NCBI GenBank assembly: GCA_964517345.1
Contig: CAZFBZ010000001.1
Span: 7,767 to 47,493 of the forward strand
Length of the DNA: 39,727 nucleotides
Source of the DNA: an uncultured Candidatus Peribacteria bacterium
GTDB taxonomy: Bacteria; Patescibacteriota; Gracilibacteria; Peribacterales; Peribacteraceae
Direction of reading: 5' to 3'
Shown: positions 1-12,544 of the stretch, piece after piece
How the letters are laid out: every line of letters begins with the position of its first letter
Numbering within the stretch: position 1 is the first letter of the stretch
Position numbers and translations under genes: made by a program
The notes under the pieces: model-generated
Told to the model about the DNA's origin: nothing
Seen by the model: only the letters and a program-made list of their open reading frames with translations
Databases searched by the model: none

Positions 1-239
1 GTGGCATTGACCACGATTGGGATGATCTCTTCGGGGATCAGCCGCTTCCTCTGGAGCATGCAGTGCCCGGAGAGCCTGCCGATGTCGCCGAAGTGCCCGG
101 CTTTGCGCCCGTCCTCGGGCCGGACGGTTTGCCGCTCCCGGATGACGGGGTTCCATACGCGATGCCCGTCGATCAGGATGACGGTCCGGATGAAAACGGT
201 TTTGCCAAGGTGCTCCCAATTCCGGACGCCTGAACGGCG
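1..239 (-). CDS. possible N-terminal part of an unidentified protein gene running off the left edge (start codon not identifiable)
   Basis: The minus-strand frame continuing after the glyQS stop (TGA, 240-242) stays open to the window edge. It reads ..NWEHLGKTVFIRTVILIDGHRVWNPVIRERQTVRPEDGRKAGHFGDIGRLSGHCMLQRKRLIPEEIIPIVVNA.., which looks globular and has strong G/C third-position bias. The listed + ORF 1..414 is Cys/Arg/Ser/Pro-rich, as expected for a shadow frame. No ATG/GTG/TTG occurs in frame before the ATG at 59-57. Confidence 0.25.
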
Positions 240-1652
240 TCAGTTGCTCTTCAACATCGTGATAAGATCGTCGATCGACAGACGATCCTGCTTGAGCGTG
301 TCGCGGTCGCGGATGGTGACCGTGTCTTTTTCACCCTGCGCCGTATCTTCGCCGAGCGTGCCGAAGTCGACCGTGATGCAGCGCGGCGTGCCGATTTCGT
401 CCTGGCGGCGGTAGCGTTTGCCGATGCTTCCGGTGATATCAAAATCGGTCGACAGGTTCGTTTCCTGAATAATTCTTTTGTACAGCTCTTGGGCCTTGGC
501 GACGAGGTGTTCCTTTTTGCTGAGGGGCAGAATCGCGAGGTCCAGCGGAGCCATGTTCTTGGCGAATTTCATCACCGTGCGGCTTTCGCCGTTGGGCGTC
601 GGTTCCTCGGTGTAGGCGTCGAGCATGATCGCGAGCGCGATGCGGTCCGAGCCGAAGGAGGGCTCCATGACATGCGGGACGATCTTGCGCGTCGGCTCGT
701 CGGGATCGGTGTAGTGGAGGTCTTGCTTGCTGAAGAGCTCATGCTGCTTCAGGTCGTAGTCGGTACGGTACGCGGCGGCCGCGCAGAGCTCGCCCCAGCC
801 CCACGGGAACTTGTATTCTACGTCCGTCGTGCCGCGGGAGTAGTGCGAGAGTTCGTCTTTCTCGTGGTCGCGGAAGCGCAGATTGCTCTCGGACAGCCCG
901 AGCGTCTTCGTCAGGAACTCCCACGTCGCCGCCTTCCACTCTGCAAAGATTTTTTCCCAGTCCTGGCGCTCGGGATCGAAGAAATACTCGATCTCCATCT
1001 GCTCGAATTCGCGCGTGCGGAAGGTGAAGTTGCCCGGCGTGATCTCGTTGCGGAACGCCTTGCCGATCTGTGCGACGCCGAAGGGCAGGCGCATGCGCAT
1101 GGTGTCCACGACGTTCTTGAAGTTCACGAAGATGCCCTGCGCCGTCTCCGGACGCAGGTAGATGTCGGCGCCCTCGCCTTCGATCACACCCTGCTGCGTC
1201 TTGAACATCAGGTTGAATTTCTTCGCCTCGGTCCACTGGCACTCGCCGCAGTTGGGACAGGCGATCTTCTCGGCCATGAGCATCGGCTGGATTTGCTCCA
1301 GCTTGAGGACGGCAGCGCCCTCTACGCCGATTTTTTCTTCCAGCAGTTTGTCTCCACGGAAGCGCTGATGACACTTCTTGCAGTCGATGAGCGGATCGGA
1401 AAACGATCCCACGTGGCCGCTCGCCTCCCAGACTTTCGGGTTCATGAGGATCGAGGCATCCAGACCCACCATATCCTGGCGCTTGCGGACGAACGTCTCC
1501 CACCAGCTGCGCTTGAGCCGGTTTTTGAGCTCCACGCCCAGCGGGCCGTAGTCCCACGTGTTGGCCAGTCCGCCGTAGATGTCCGAGCCCGGAAAGACGA
1601 ATCCCCGGCGCTTGCAGAGGGAAACGAGCTGATCGAGGGTGGTGGCGGGCAT
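240..1652 (-). CDS. glyQS: glycine--tRNA ligase, single-chain (alpha2, GlyQS type)
   Basis: ORF 240..1709 trimmed to the ATG at 1652 (MPATTLDQLVSLCKRRGFVFPGSDIYGGLANTWDYGPLGVELKNRLK..). Class II core FRNEITPGNFTFRTREFEQMEIEYF and C-terminal anticodon-binding region GKRYRRQDEIGTPRCITVD are present. Confidence 0.95.
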   Translation of the reverse strand: MPATTLDQLVSLCKRRGFVFPGSDIYGGLANTWDYGPLGVELKNRLKRSWWETFVRKRQDMVGLDASILMNPKVWEASGHVGSFSDPLIDCKKCHQRFRGDKLLEEKIGVEGAAVLKLEQIQPMLMAEKIACPNCGECQWTEAKKFNLMFKTQQGVIEGEGADIYLRPETAQGIFVNFKNVVDTMRMRLPFGVAQIGKAFRNEITPGNFTFRTREFEQMEIEYFFDPERQDWEKIFAEWKAATWEFLTKTLGLSESNLRFRDHEKDELSHYSRGTTDVEYKFPWGWGELCAAAAYRTDYDLKQHELFSKQDLHYTDPDEPTRKIVPHVMEPSFGSDRIALAIMLDAYTEEPTPNGESRTVMKFAKNMAPLDLAILPLSKKEHLVAKAQELYKRIIQETNLSTDFDITGSIGKRYRRQDEIGTPRCITVDFGTLGEDTAQGEKDTVTIRDRDTLKQDRLSIDDLITMLKSN

Positions 1653-1785
1653 GGGGGAGGGGACGGAGGAAACAGGCCTGCATCCTACAAGACGGCCGGA
1701 AAACGACAACTGCCGCCACGGGGCTTTCGGCTGCCCCCGGCCCGCGCCGCGATGTGTCGGTTATCTGGTCAGGAAGCCAAAAACA

Positions 1786-1794
1786 TGCTACAAT
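1786..1794 (+). promoter_or_regulatory. extended -10 box TGCTACAAT, 10 nt upstream of the PrsW-like ATG (1804)
   Basis: tgctacaat read directly. The same 13-mer tgctacaatactc recurs at 32509. No Shine-Dalgarno sequence lies between the box and the ATG. Confidence 0.45.
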
Positions 1795-1803
1795 ACTCAG
1801 ATT

Positions 1804-3162
1804 ATGGTCGAGTACCTCTCTTCCTTCTCTATCGTCAAAACTCTCCCCGTCCTGGCCGCGGTGGGCGTCCTGGCGGTGCTGGATCTGAGCGCCCGCGCGA
1901 CGGGACGCAAAACGCGGTACATGTTCGGCGTCATCGTCGGCACGGCCCTCTCCGTCGGTCTGATGATGGCGGCCGATGCCATTCTGAGCCGCGAGACCAT
2001 GCACAGCGGATACATGGTCGCGTTTGGCCTGCTACTTGTCATCATTCTCTGGCGATATCTCTTCGGCACGTGGGACAGCGTGACCAAGGCCACCGTGCTC
2101 GGCACATTCGTCTTCTGGATCATCCTGCGCACGCTCGTAAACGAGGCTCCACCCGAGCGCATCGCGCACCTGCTCGCTATTCTTGTCGCCGCGATTCCCG
2201 CGCTCGTCTGGTGCGCGCTGTTCCTGCCGTATCACCGCGAGCGCCTGAGTATCGTCCTCACCATGTTCTTCGCCGGCATGCTTTCGACCGTGCCCATCCT
2301 TTTCTATGACGCGCTGGTGCGCAGCGGCGCGGACATCCAGCTCTTCCTGTTCCGCATCCAGCCCCAGAGCTTCAGTCAGAGCGCGCAGTCATTCGTGGCG
2401 GGTCAGTGGCCCGGGATCGGATCGTTGCAACTGAGTATCGGCGCGATGCTCGTCTCGTTCCTCATCGTCGGCATCCTGGAGGAGGGGAGCAAGTACTGGG
2501 TGCTTAAGAGGGCCGGATCGTCGTTCATCACCAGCGTCGATGACATGATGCAGATGGCAATCATTGTCGCGATCGGCTTCGCGTTCGCCGAGAACATCAC
2601 CAATTCCGGCTACTTCCTGGGCTTCGTGAAGGAATACCTGCTCGACCCCGAGCGGCGCGACTGGATGGGCTTCACCGGCAACGTCGTCGGGCGTTCCGTG
2701 CTCACGAGCATGGTGCATATCGCCTCCACGGGCGTGCTCGGCTACTTTGCCGGACTTGCCGTCTTTGCAGCTCCGCATCTGCAGGAGCATAAGTCCCGCG
2801 GCGTGCGCCACCGCGTTATCGAGTACGTACACCGTCTCTTCGGCATGCGTCGCACCGAGGTCTTCCGTCGCCAGATGGTCCTGGCAGGATTTACCTGCGC
2901 GGTCCTGCTCCACGCCATGAGCAATTTTCTCGTCACGCTTCCCGACGTGCTCCCGGGCAATCCGCGCACGCTTGGCGATCTGCTCCAGGCCGGCGAAGGA
3001 TCCCCGTTTAACTACGTCGCGCTGCTTCTCTTCCCGACGCTCTTCTACGTTGTCGGCGGATTTTATCTCCTCACCTCGCTGTTCGCGCGCAAGGAGAACA
3101 TGAAGGAACGGGGCCACCTGATTGTCGTCGACACGTTTGTCACCGGTCAGAGCGAGGTCTAA
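1804..3162 (+). CDS. PrsW-family intramembrane metalloprotease-like membrane protein
   Basis: ORF 1639..3162 trimmed to the ATG at 1804 (MVEYLSSFSIV..). Polytopic and hydrophobic. Carries the PrsW signature triad as I recall it: EEGSKYW, FAFAENI, HAMSNF. Confidence 0.7.
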   Translation: MVEYLSSFSIVKTLPVLAAVGVLAVLDLSARATGRKTRYMFGVIVGTALSVGLMMAADAILSRETMHSGYMVAFGLLLVIILWRYLFGTWDSVTKATVLGTFVFWIILRTLVNEAPPERIAHLLAILVAAIPALVWCALFLPYHRERLSIVLTMFFAGMLSTVPILFYDALVRSGADIQLFLFRIQPQSFSQSAQSFVAGQWPGIGSLQLSIGAMLVSFLIVGILEEGSKYWVLKRAGSSFITSVDDMMQMAIIVAIGFAFAENITNSGYFLGFVKEYLLDPERRDWMGFTGNVVGRSVLTSMVHIASTGVLGYFAGLAVFAAPHLQEHKSRGVRHRVIEYVHRLFGMRRTEVFRRQMVLAGFTCAVLLHAMSNFLVTLPDVLPGNPRTLGDLLQAGEGSPFNYVALLLFPTLFYVVGGFYLLTSLFARKENMKERGHLIVVDTFVTGQSEV

Positions 3163-3172
3163 GCTGTGTCTC

Positions 3173-4825
3173 ATGTTCGCTCCCACTCTCTTTGGTCGTG
3201 GCTCACGGAGCCGCTCTCTCGTCGTTCGCACGATTGCGTCCGGCATCCTGTTCCTGCTGATGGTGCCGTCCGGTCTGGGCGCAACGTACTCGGCTGACGT
3301 GCTGACAGTGTCCGACGCCCAAGCGGTGACGCGCGGGGATTTCGTCCGCGCGGCGGTGAAGACCCTCGAGATCGAGACGGGCAAAGCGACGCCCATGCCC
3401 GGTGTTCCCACTTCGCTTGCGCCCTATGCGCGCGCCGCTGACAACAAGAAGGCGCTCGCCGTGTTCGGCACGGCGTTTGATCCGGCAAAGCCGATCACGC
3501 GCGGCCAGGCGATCCAGGTGCTTGCCGCCCTTACCGGCCTTGCTCCCGCGAAGGAGCTGACTGCGAAATATGCAGATGTCAAAACGCCCGAGGCCCGCGC
3601 CGCCGTGTCGCTCGCGGTGGAGTTCGGATGGTTGAGGCCGACCAGCACCCGCATCTTCGGGATGGACCGGACGCTCAATGGCCGCGAAGCACGGATGTTG
3701 CTCCAGCGCCTTGTCCGCTCGCTGCCCCAGGAGAACCACGAGAACTCGGGGCTCGTCCCGATCAAAGTGCGTGTGAACTCCGTGCCCACGCCGGTTCCCA
3801 AAAGCGATGTGCTGGAGGCGGTATGGAACCTGCTCAACGATCAGTACCTCTACCGTGACCGTATCGATGCCGAGAAGGCGTCGAACAAGGCCATTCAGGG
3901 TCTGGTCGACAGCCTCAACGATCCCTACACCGTCTATCTGCCGCGCTCGTCCTCACAGCGTCTCCAGAACCAGCTGAAGGGCGAAGTGGAGGGCATCGGC
4001 GCCACCGTCGAGCAGACGGGCGGTCTCCTGCGGATCGTCACTCCGCTGCCCGGTTCGCCTGCGGAGAAGGCAGGGCTCCAGCCCAAAGACCAGATTCTCA
4101 CCGCCGATGGCATGACCCTCGGAAATCTCAGCCTCGATGACGCGGTCTCGCACATCCGCGGACCCAAGGGCTCCAAAGTGCTTCTCCGCGTTCGCCGCGA
4201 CGGCGTCGAATTCGACGTCACTGTCACGCGCGACACCGTCCGCATCCCCGAGATCGACGTCACCTACCAGGATGACATCGCGATCGTGAAGATCTACCAG
4301 TTCGGGCAGACGACCGATTCGGGCCTGCGCGCCAAGCTCTCCGAGATGATGGCGACCAAGCGTCCCAAGGGACTCGTGCTGGATCTGCGCAACAATCCCG
4401 GCGGTCTGCTGCATGCCGCCCAGGTGACTGTGGGCAACTTCGTGCCCAAGGGCACGGCGTATGTCAGCATCAACTCGCGCGGCGAATCGCACATCGAGTA
4501 CACGACTGAAACGCCCACCGTCGATGCCACCGTCCGCATGGTCGTGCTGATCAACAAGGGATCGGCGAGCGCGTCGGAGATCGTCGCCGGAGCGCTGCAG
4601 GATGCCAAGCGCGCGACACTCGTCGGCGAGAAATCCTACGGTAAGGGCACCGTTCAGCAGCTTGTCGAATTCAACGACGGTTCCAGCCTCAAGCTGACCA
4701 TCGCCGAATGGAAGACGCCGCTCGGGCGCAAGATCGATGGCCTCGGCATCGAGCCGGACGTGACGATCGTGAAGGGCGACCGCGACGACCAGATGGTGAA
4801 GGCGGTCGAGGTTCTGCGCCGCTGA
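3173..4825 (+). CDS. S41 family C-terminal processing peptidase (Ctp/Prc-like) with an N-terminal SLH-like region
   Basis: ORF 3122..4825 trimmed to the ATG at 3173. PDZ segment GIGATVEQTGGLLRIVTPLPGSPAEKAGLQPKDQILTADG. S41 core LVLDLRNNPGGLL, INKGSASASEIVAGALQD and GEKSYGKGTVQ. The N-terminal about 190 aa contains three TRG/E-type SLH-like repeats. Confidence 0.9.
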   Translation: MFAPTLFGRGSRSRSLVVRTIASGILFLLMVPSGLGATYSADVLTVSDAQAVTRGDFVRAAVKTLEIETGKATPMPGVPTSLAPYARAADNKKALAVFGTAFDPAKPITRGQAIQVLAALTGLAPAKELTAKYADVKTPEARAAVSLAVEFGWLRPTSTRIFGMDRTLNGREARMLLQRLVRSLPQENHENSGLVPIKVRVNSVPTPVPKSDVLEAVWNLLNDQYLYRDRIDAEKASNKAIQGLVDSLNDPYTVYLPRSSSQRLQNQLKGEVEGIGATVEQTGGLLRIVTPLPGSPAEKAGLQPKDQILTADGMTLGNLSLDDAVSHIRGPKGSKVLLRVRRDGVEFDVTVTRDTVRIPEIDVTYQDDIAIVKIYQFGQTTDSGLRAKLSEMMATKRPKGLVLDLRNNPGGLLHAAQVTVGNFVPKGTAYVSINSRGESHIEYTTETPTVDATVRMVVLINKGSASASEIVAGALQDAKRATLVGEKSYGKGTVQQLVEFNDGSSLKLTIAEWKTPLGRKIDGLGIEPDVTIVKGDRDDQMVKAVEVLRR

Positions 4826-4839
4826 GCGGCGGCCCTTTT
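4817..4839 (+). terminator. weak candidate intrinsic terminator overlapping the peptidase stop codon
   Basis: cgccgc-tga-gcggcg forms a 6-bp GC stem with a 3-nt loop, followed by gcccTTTTg. Confidence 0.3.
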
Positions 4840-4887
4840 GCTCCGGAGCGCGTCACCCGATAGGCTGTCGGAGTCCCTCCCCGTCTC

Positions 4888-5538
4888 ATGCAATTTCTCC
4901 AGAGCGTCGTCGATGTCTTCCTGCATATCGACACGCATCTCCACGCGCTGATCGTCCAGTACGGCACCTTCACCTATGTATTGCTGTTTCTGGTCATCTT
5001 CTGCGAGACGGGTCTGGTGGTGATGCCGTTTCTGCCCGGGGATTCGCTGCTTTTCGCCGCAGGGGCGTTCGCGGCGCGCGGGGCCTTCAATCCCTATATC
5101 CTCTTTGCGTTGCTCACTGTGGCGGCCATTCTCGGTGATGCCTGCAACTACGCCCTCGGCCACAAGCTCGGCCGGAAGGTCTTCAGCGGCAAGTATCCGT
5201 TCCTCAACCACAGCCATCTGATGGGAGCGGAACTCTTTTATGAAAAGCACGGCGGCAAAGCCGTCATCCTCGCCCGCTTCCTGCCCATTGTTCGCACTCT
5301 GGCACCGTTTGTCGCGGGTGTCGGAAAGATGAAATACCGCAAGTTTGCGGCCTATAACATCGTCGGCGCGATCGTGTGGGTGGGTCTGTTCGTCTTCGGC
5401 GGATATCTGTTCGGCAACATCCCGGCGGTGGAAGAGCACTTCTCGCTCGTCATCGTCGTGATCATCGGCTTGTCCGTTCTGCCGCCCGCGATCGAGTTCC
5501 TCCGGCACCGGCTGGGGGCGCAGGGTGCAGACGCCTGA
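4888..5538 (+). CDS. dedA: DedA/VTT (SNARE-associated) family membrane protein
   Basis: 216 aa. Typical DedA N-terminus YGTFTYVLLFLVIFCETGLVVMPFLPGDSLLFAAG, plus GHKLGRK and RFLPIVRTLAPFVAG motifs. Confidence 0.85.
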   Translation: MQFLQSVVDVFLHIDTHLHALIVQYGTFTYVLLFLVIFCETGLVVMPFLPGDSLLFAAGAFAARGAFNPYILFALLTVAAILGDACNYALGHKLGRKVFSGKYPFLNHSHLMGAELFYEKHGGKAVILARFLPIVRTLAPFVAGVGKMKYRKFAAYNIVGAIVWVGLFVFGGYLFGNIPAVEEHFSLVIVVIIGLSVLPPAIEFLRHRLGAQGADA

Positions 5539-5568
5539 TGGCCTTCTCCAAAAGTCGTGTCTAAGGCC

Positions 5569-6996
<1,428 letters not shown>

Positions 6997-7027
6997 TCCG
7001 CGTCACCGTCCCTTTTCCGCACGCTCC

Positions 7028-7465
7028 ATGCTGCATCTCGAGATCATCACGCCGGACCAGACCGTCTTCGATGGCGACGTCGACTCGGTGACGTTGCCCA
7101 CGGGCGACGGCGAGATCACGGTGTTGCCCCATCACATTCCGCTGATGACGACGCTCAGTTCCGGTTCCGCCATCGTGCGGGCCGGAGGAGAGGAACATGT
7201 CTTCGCCGTCTCGCGCGGCGTGATCGAAGTGGATGGCACCTCGGTGCGCGTTCTCGCCGACAGCGCTGACCGCGCGGAAGCCCTTCAGGAAGCCACAATC
7301 GAGAAGGCCAAGATTGCCGCCGAGAAGCTGCTCACCGAGCGTCGCGGCGACGCCGAGGGCTTTGCCGAAGCGTCCGCCATCCTCGAGCGCGAACTCGCCC
7401 GTCTCAAGACCGTCCGTCGTCACCGCGGCCGCCGCAGCTCTGGCGTGCCGTCCCAGGGTTCCTGA
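7028..7465 (+). CDS. atpC: F1 ATP synthase subunit epsilon
   Basis: 145 aa. MLHLEIITPDQTVFDGDVDSVTLPTGDGEITVLPHHIPLMT.. followed by a helical C-terminal domain. Sits immediately downstream of atpD. Confidence 0.9.
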   Translation: MLHLEIITPDQTVFDGDVDSVTLPTGDGEITVLPHHIPLMTTLSSGSAIVRAGGEEHVFAVSRGVIEVDGTSVRVLADSADRAEALQEATIEKAKIAAEKLLTERRGDAEGFAEASAILERELARLKTVRRHRGRRSSGVPSQGS

Positions 7466-7474
7466 GCCGCAGTC

Positions 7475-7783
7475 ATGATCCAGCCTGTTCCTCCGCCTCC
7501 GCCCACGCCTCCCCGCGTTGCCGGGTCTGAGCCGCTGATACAGGCGTTCAGCATTGTCTGGGAACTGGGATACCTGATTGCCGTGCCCGCTGTCATCCTC
7601 GGGTTCGGCGGCGCGTACATCGACAAGTACTTCCATACGTCGCCGGTGTTTCTGCTCTCCGGGCTCATGTTCGCGATTGTGGCGTCCAGCGCGGGCGTGT
7701 ACCGGATGATCCGCAATATGATGCCACCTGAACCCCCCTCCGCCCCCTCGCCTCCTTCCTCGCCGCCTCCCGCGGCATCCTGA
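7475..7783 (+). CDS. small AtpZ/AtpQ (ATPase_gene1)-like membrane protein with Pro-rich termini
   Basis: 102 aa with two TM helices. WELGYLIAVPAVILGFGGAYIDKYFHTSPVFLLSGLMFAIVAS resembles the G..G..lD....t.P pattern of the PF09527 family (from memory). Located between atpC and atpB. Confidence 0.6.
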   Translation: MIQPVPPPPPTPPRVAGSEPLIQAFSIVWELGYLIAVPAVILGFGGAYIDKYFHTSPVFLLSGLMFAIVASSAGVYRMIRNMMPPEPPSAPSPPSSPPPAAS

Positions 7784-7865
7784 CCCGCAGTCGCGGGTTT
7801 TGCTCCAGTCAGAGTGACGTCTTAGGCCATTGACAGGGACTCACCTCTGCCTCACCCTCCGAACC

Positions 7866-8666
7866 ATGGCAGCTATCCACGCACCCACCCTCGCATCCGA
7901 GACTATCGGCTACATCGGCGCCTTCCCGCTCCGCAACACCATGCTCATGGCATGGCTTGCCATGGCCGTTCTCATCATCTTCGCCCTCGCGGCGCGCAGC
8001 ACGGGATACCGTCTGATCCCCGGCCGCTTCCAGACATTCGTCGAGATGATCGTTGAGGGCTTGTTCAATTTCTTCGATTCCATCCTGCAGAACACCGCCC
8101 GTACCCGGACGCTGTTCCCGCTCATCGCCACGCTGTTCCTCTTCATCCTCATCGCCAACTGGATGGGTATCCTGCCCGGCGTCGGCAGCATCACCATCCT
8201 GGGGATGCATGAGGGTGAAGAAATAGCCATGCCGCTGTTCCGCTCCATGAACGCGGACGTGAACATGACGCTCGTGTTCGCCATCGTCGCCATCGTTGTC
8301 ACGCAGATCTTCGGCGTCGCCACGCTCGGCATCCTGCCCCACCTGAGCAAGTACTTCGTCGCTCCGTGGCGCGATCCGATCGGCACCTTCGTCGGTCTCC
8401 TGGAGTTCCTCGGCGAGTTCACCCGCATCATCAGCTTCAGCTTCCGTCTCTTCGGCAACGTGTTCGCCGGAGAAGTGCTTCTCGTCGTGGTCTCGGCGCT
8501 GGTGCCATACGCGGTTCCGATCCCGTTCCTCGGGCTCGAGATCTTCGTCGGCTTCATCCAGGCGCTCGTGTTCGCGATGCTCACCCTCGTCTTCGTCTCC
8601 ATGGCCACCACCGCTCACGGCGGCCACGACCACGAAGCGCCGCGTCCCGTTGCGGTTCCTGCATGA
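7866..8666 (+). CDS. atpB: F0 ATP synthase subunit a
   Basis: ORF 7830..8666 trimmed to the ATG at 7866. Contains ANWMGILPG and the essential-Arg motif FSFRLFGNVFAGEVLL. Confidence 0.93.
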   Translation: MAAIHAPTLASETIGYIGAFPLRNTMLMAWLAMAVLIIFALAARSTGYRLIPGRFQTFVEMIVEGLFNFFDSILQNTARTRTLFPLIATLFLFILIANWMGILPGVGSITILGMHEGEEIAMPLFRSMNADVNMTLVFAIVAIVVTQIFGVATLGILPHLSKYFVAPWRDPIGTFVGLLEFLGEFTRIISFSFRLFGNVFAGEVLLVVVSALVPYAVPIPFLGLEIFVGFIQALVFAMLTLVFVSMATTAHGGHDHEAPRPVAVPA

Positions 8667-8701
8667 TCTTGACCGGGCAGAGTGCCCGCCTAGACCCTTG
8701 A

Positions 8702-9031
<330 letters not shown>

Positions 9032-9087
9032 TCGGCGCACACCTTTTGTCTTCTCTTCCGGCCTGACCGCCGGTTCCCCTTCCTCCC

Positions 9088-9594
9088 ATGGAACTTCTCG
9101 CAAAACTCGGCATCGACTGGGGCGTGATGCTCGCTCAGCTCATCAACTTCGGTGTCCTGATCGTCGCTCTCTCCTACTTCGTCTACAAGCCGGTCCTGCG
9201 CGTCATCGACGATCGTCGCGAGCGCGTCCGCAAGTCCATGGAAGACGCCAAGGCGATCGAGAACCAGAAGCGCGAAATCGACCAGTTCAAGGTCGAGCAG
9301 TTCCGCAAGATCGATGAAGAGTGCGGCAAGTTCCTCGCCACCGCCAAGACCCAGGCAGAGCACGCCCGCAAAGAGATCCTCGCCGGCGCCGAGAAGGAGG
9401 CCGCCGCGATTCTCGCCAAGGCCCGCCAGCAGCTCGATGAAGAGCGCAACCGCATGGTCGGCGATGTCCAAAGCACGCTCGCGTCCGTGATCGTCCGCAT
9501 GACGGAGAAGATCCTTGAGCGCGAGTTCTCCGGCACCGATCAGCAGCGCCTCATCGGTTCCGTCCAGAAGGAGCTTCCCGCGATGCTCAAATGA
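9088..9594 (+). CDS. atpF: F0 ATP synthase subunit b
   Basis: 168 aa. An N-terminal TM helix (LINFGVLIVALSYFVYKPV) precedes a long charged helix. Confidence 0.88.
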   Translation: MELLAKLGIDWGVMLAQLINFGVLIVALSYFVYKPVLRVIDDRRERVRKSMEDAKAIENQKREIDQFKVEQFRKIDEECGKFLATAKTQAEHARKEILAGAEKEAAAILAKARQQLDEERNRMVGDVQSTLASVIVRMTEKILEREFSGTDQQRLIGSVQKELPAMLK

Positions 9595-9953
9595 AAGTCA
9601 CTTCCACCGACGTCGTCCGGGCATTGCTGGATCTCAGCCGCAACCTCCCCGCTCCGATGGAGTTCCTCCGTGGCGTTCGCGATGAGCTCACCAGGAAGAT
9701 CACCACCGAGGAGCAGACCGTCCATGCCGTCATCGTCACCCCGACGGGGGATGCCGGCGGACTCAAGGACACGGTCCTCAAGCTGCTCAGCCAGAAGTTC
9801 CCCGGCCGCCCGGTCGATCTGCAGGAGCAGGCCGACTCCACGCTCATCGGCGGCGCTGTTGTCCGTTTCGGCGACGAGCAGGTCGATATGAGCGTCCGCA
9901 CAGCACTCCAGCAGGCCGCCGATCAGTTCGCCTCGTCGGCGCGCGCATCCTGA
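9591..9953 (+). CDS. atpH: short ATP synthase delta (OSCP)-like subunit
   Basis: 120 aa. Its ATG overlaps the atpF stop (ATGA). The C-terminus [26 protein letters not shown] matches the conserved delta C-terminal motif. The N-terminal half is much shorter than the usual length of about 180 aa. Confidence 0.7.
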   Translation: MKVTSTDVVRALLDLSRNLPAPMEFLRGVRDELTRKITTEEQTVHAVIVTPTGDAGGLKDTVLKLLSQKFPGRPVDLQEQADSTLIGGAVVRFGDEQVDMSVRTALQQAADQFASSARAS

Positions 9954-9975
9954 CATCCCCCACCCCCATCCGCTT

Positions 9976-11508
<1,533 letters not shown>

Positions 11509-11534
11509 GCTCCTCCTCCACCGCACTACCTCCC

Positions 11535-12467
11535 ATGGCACAGAGCCTCCGCGATCTCCGGCGCAAGATGAAGGCCATCAAGTCGACGAGACAGGTCACC
11601 AAAGCCATGGAGTTGGTTGCCGCTTCGAAGATGCGCCGCGCTGTCATGAACGCCCAGGTTCTGCGCCGCTACGCGCTGACCGCCTGGACGATTCTCCGCA
11701 AAATCGCGCACGCGCACCCGGGCCGCCACCCGTTCCTGGAAGTCCGCCCCGCCAAGCGCACGCTCGTCGTGGTGCTCACGTCCGACCGCGGTTTGTGCGG
11801 AAGCCTGAACACGCACCTCTTCCGCGCTGTGTCCCAGTACATCAAGTCCTCGAAGGAAATGCGCGCCGGTGCCGAGCTCGATTTCGTCGCTGTGGGCCGC
11901 AAGGGCCAGCAGTTCCTCTCCCGCGCCGGTCACAAGGTCGTCGCGGCGTTCCCGGCGCTCTCCAATCACCCGAAATTCAAGGATGCCCTGCCGGTTGCCC
12001 GCGTGGCGATCGATGGATTCCTCGAAGGAACCTACGACCACGTTGTGCTGATCTACAGCAGCTTCCTCTCCGCTCTCGTGCAGGAGGCGTCGGTCAAAGT
12101 GCTGCTCCCGTTCTCCGAAGACGAGCTCAAGGCGATGGTCACCCAGATGTTCCAGCGCAAGCGTCTCAGTAAAGAAGAAGAGATCGGCCTGGAGGCCAAA
12201 ATGCCGGACACCGAGTACGTGTTCGAGCCGACCGAAGCCGACGTCCTCAACCGCATCCTGCCCCAGCTCACCGAGCTGCAGCTGTATCAGGCGGTCCTCG
12301 AAACCACGGCCTCCGAGCACTCCGCCCGCATGGTCGCGATGCGCAATGCGTCGGACAATGCCAGCGACATCCTCGACGACATCACTCTCACCTACAACCA
12401 GACCCGCCAGGCAGGCATTACGGCTGAGCTGTCCGAGCTCTCCGCCAGCAAAGCGGCGCTCGAGTGA
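11535..12467 (+). CDS. atpG: F1 ATP synthase subunit gamma
   Basis: 310 aa. N-terminus LRDLRRKMKAIKSTRQVTKAMELVAASKMRRA and C-terminus NQTRQAGITAELSELSASKAAL. Confidence 0.95.
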   Translation: MAQSLRDLRRKMKAIKSTRQVTKAMELVAASKMRRAVMNAQVLRRYALTAWTILRKIAHAHPGRHPFLEVRPAKRTLVVVLTSDRGLCGSLNTHLFRAVSQYIKSSKEMRAGAELDFVAVGRKGQQFLSRAGHKVVAAFPALSNHPKFKDALPVARVAIDGFLEGTYDHVVLIYSSFLSALVQEASVKVLLPFSEDELKAMVTQMFQRKRLSKEEEIGLEAKMPDTEYVFEPTEADVLNRILPQLTELQLYQAVLETTASEHSARMVAMRNASDNASDILDDITLTYNQTRQAGITAELSELSASKAALE

Positions 12468-12544
12468 TGCTCTTTTAGGCCAGCCGCTGAGCTCCCGTCA
12501 CTTCGCAGTGCTCTTTACTGGAATCCGGGTTTTTCCGGGGTACG

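Noticed and set aside
240-242. UGA recoding (genetic code 25/4) as an explanation for the open frame after glyQS.
   Set aside because: TGA ends many well-defined genes here at positions matching normal protein C-termini (atpD, atpC, atpE, atpG, gyrB, P-type ATPase). The DNA is also GC-rich, unlike known UGA-recoding lineages.
489-2309. Long + strand ORF (606 aa) overlapping glyQS. There are similar long antisense ORFs at 9844-11151, 15155-17464, 18729-21071, 25656-27074, 33798-35144 and 35720-37249.
   Set aside because: Each lies opposite a gene with unambiguous family motifs (GlyRS, AtpA, P-type ATPase, GyrB, HisRS, T4CP). Their translations are Arg/Gly/Asp/His/Ala-rich with no recognisable motifs, as expected for shadow frames in GC-rich DNA.
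12468-12544. Terminator after atpG (ccgggtttttccgggg).
   Set aside because: Only a 4-bp CCGG/CCGG stem can form, with the T-run inside the loop rather than after the stem. This is not convincing.
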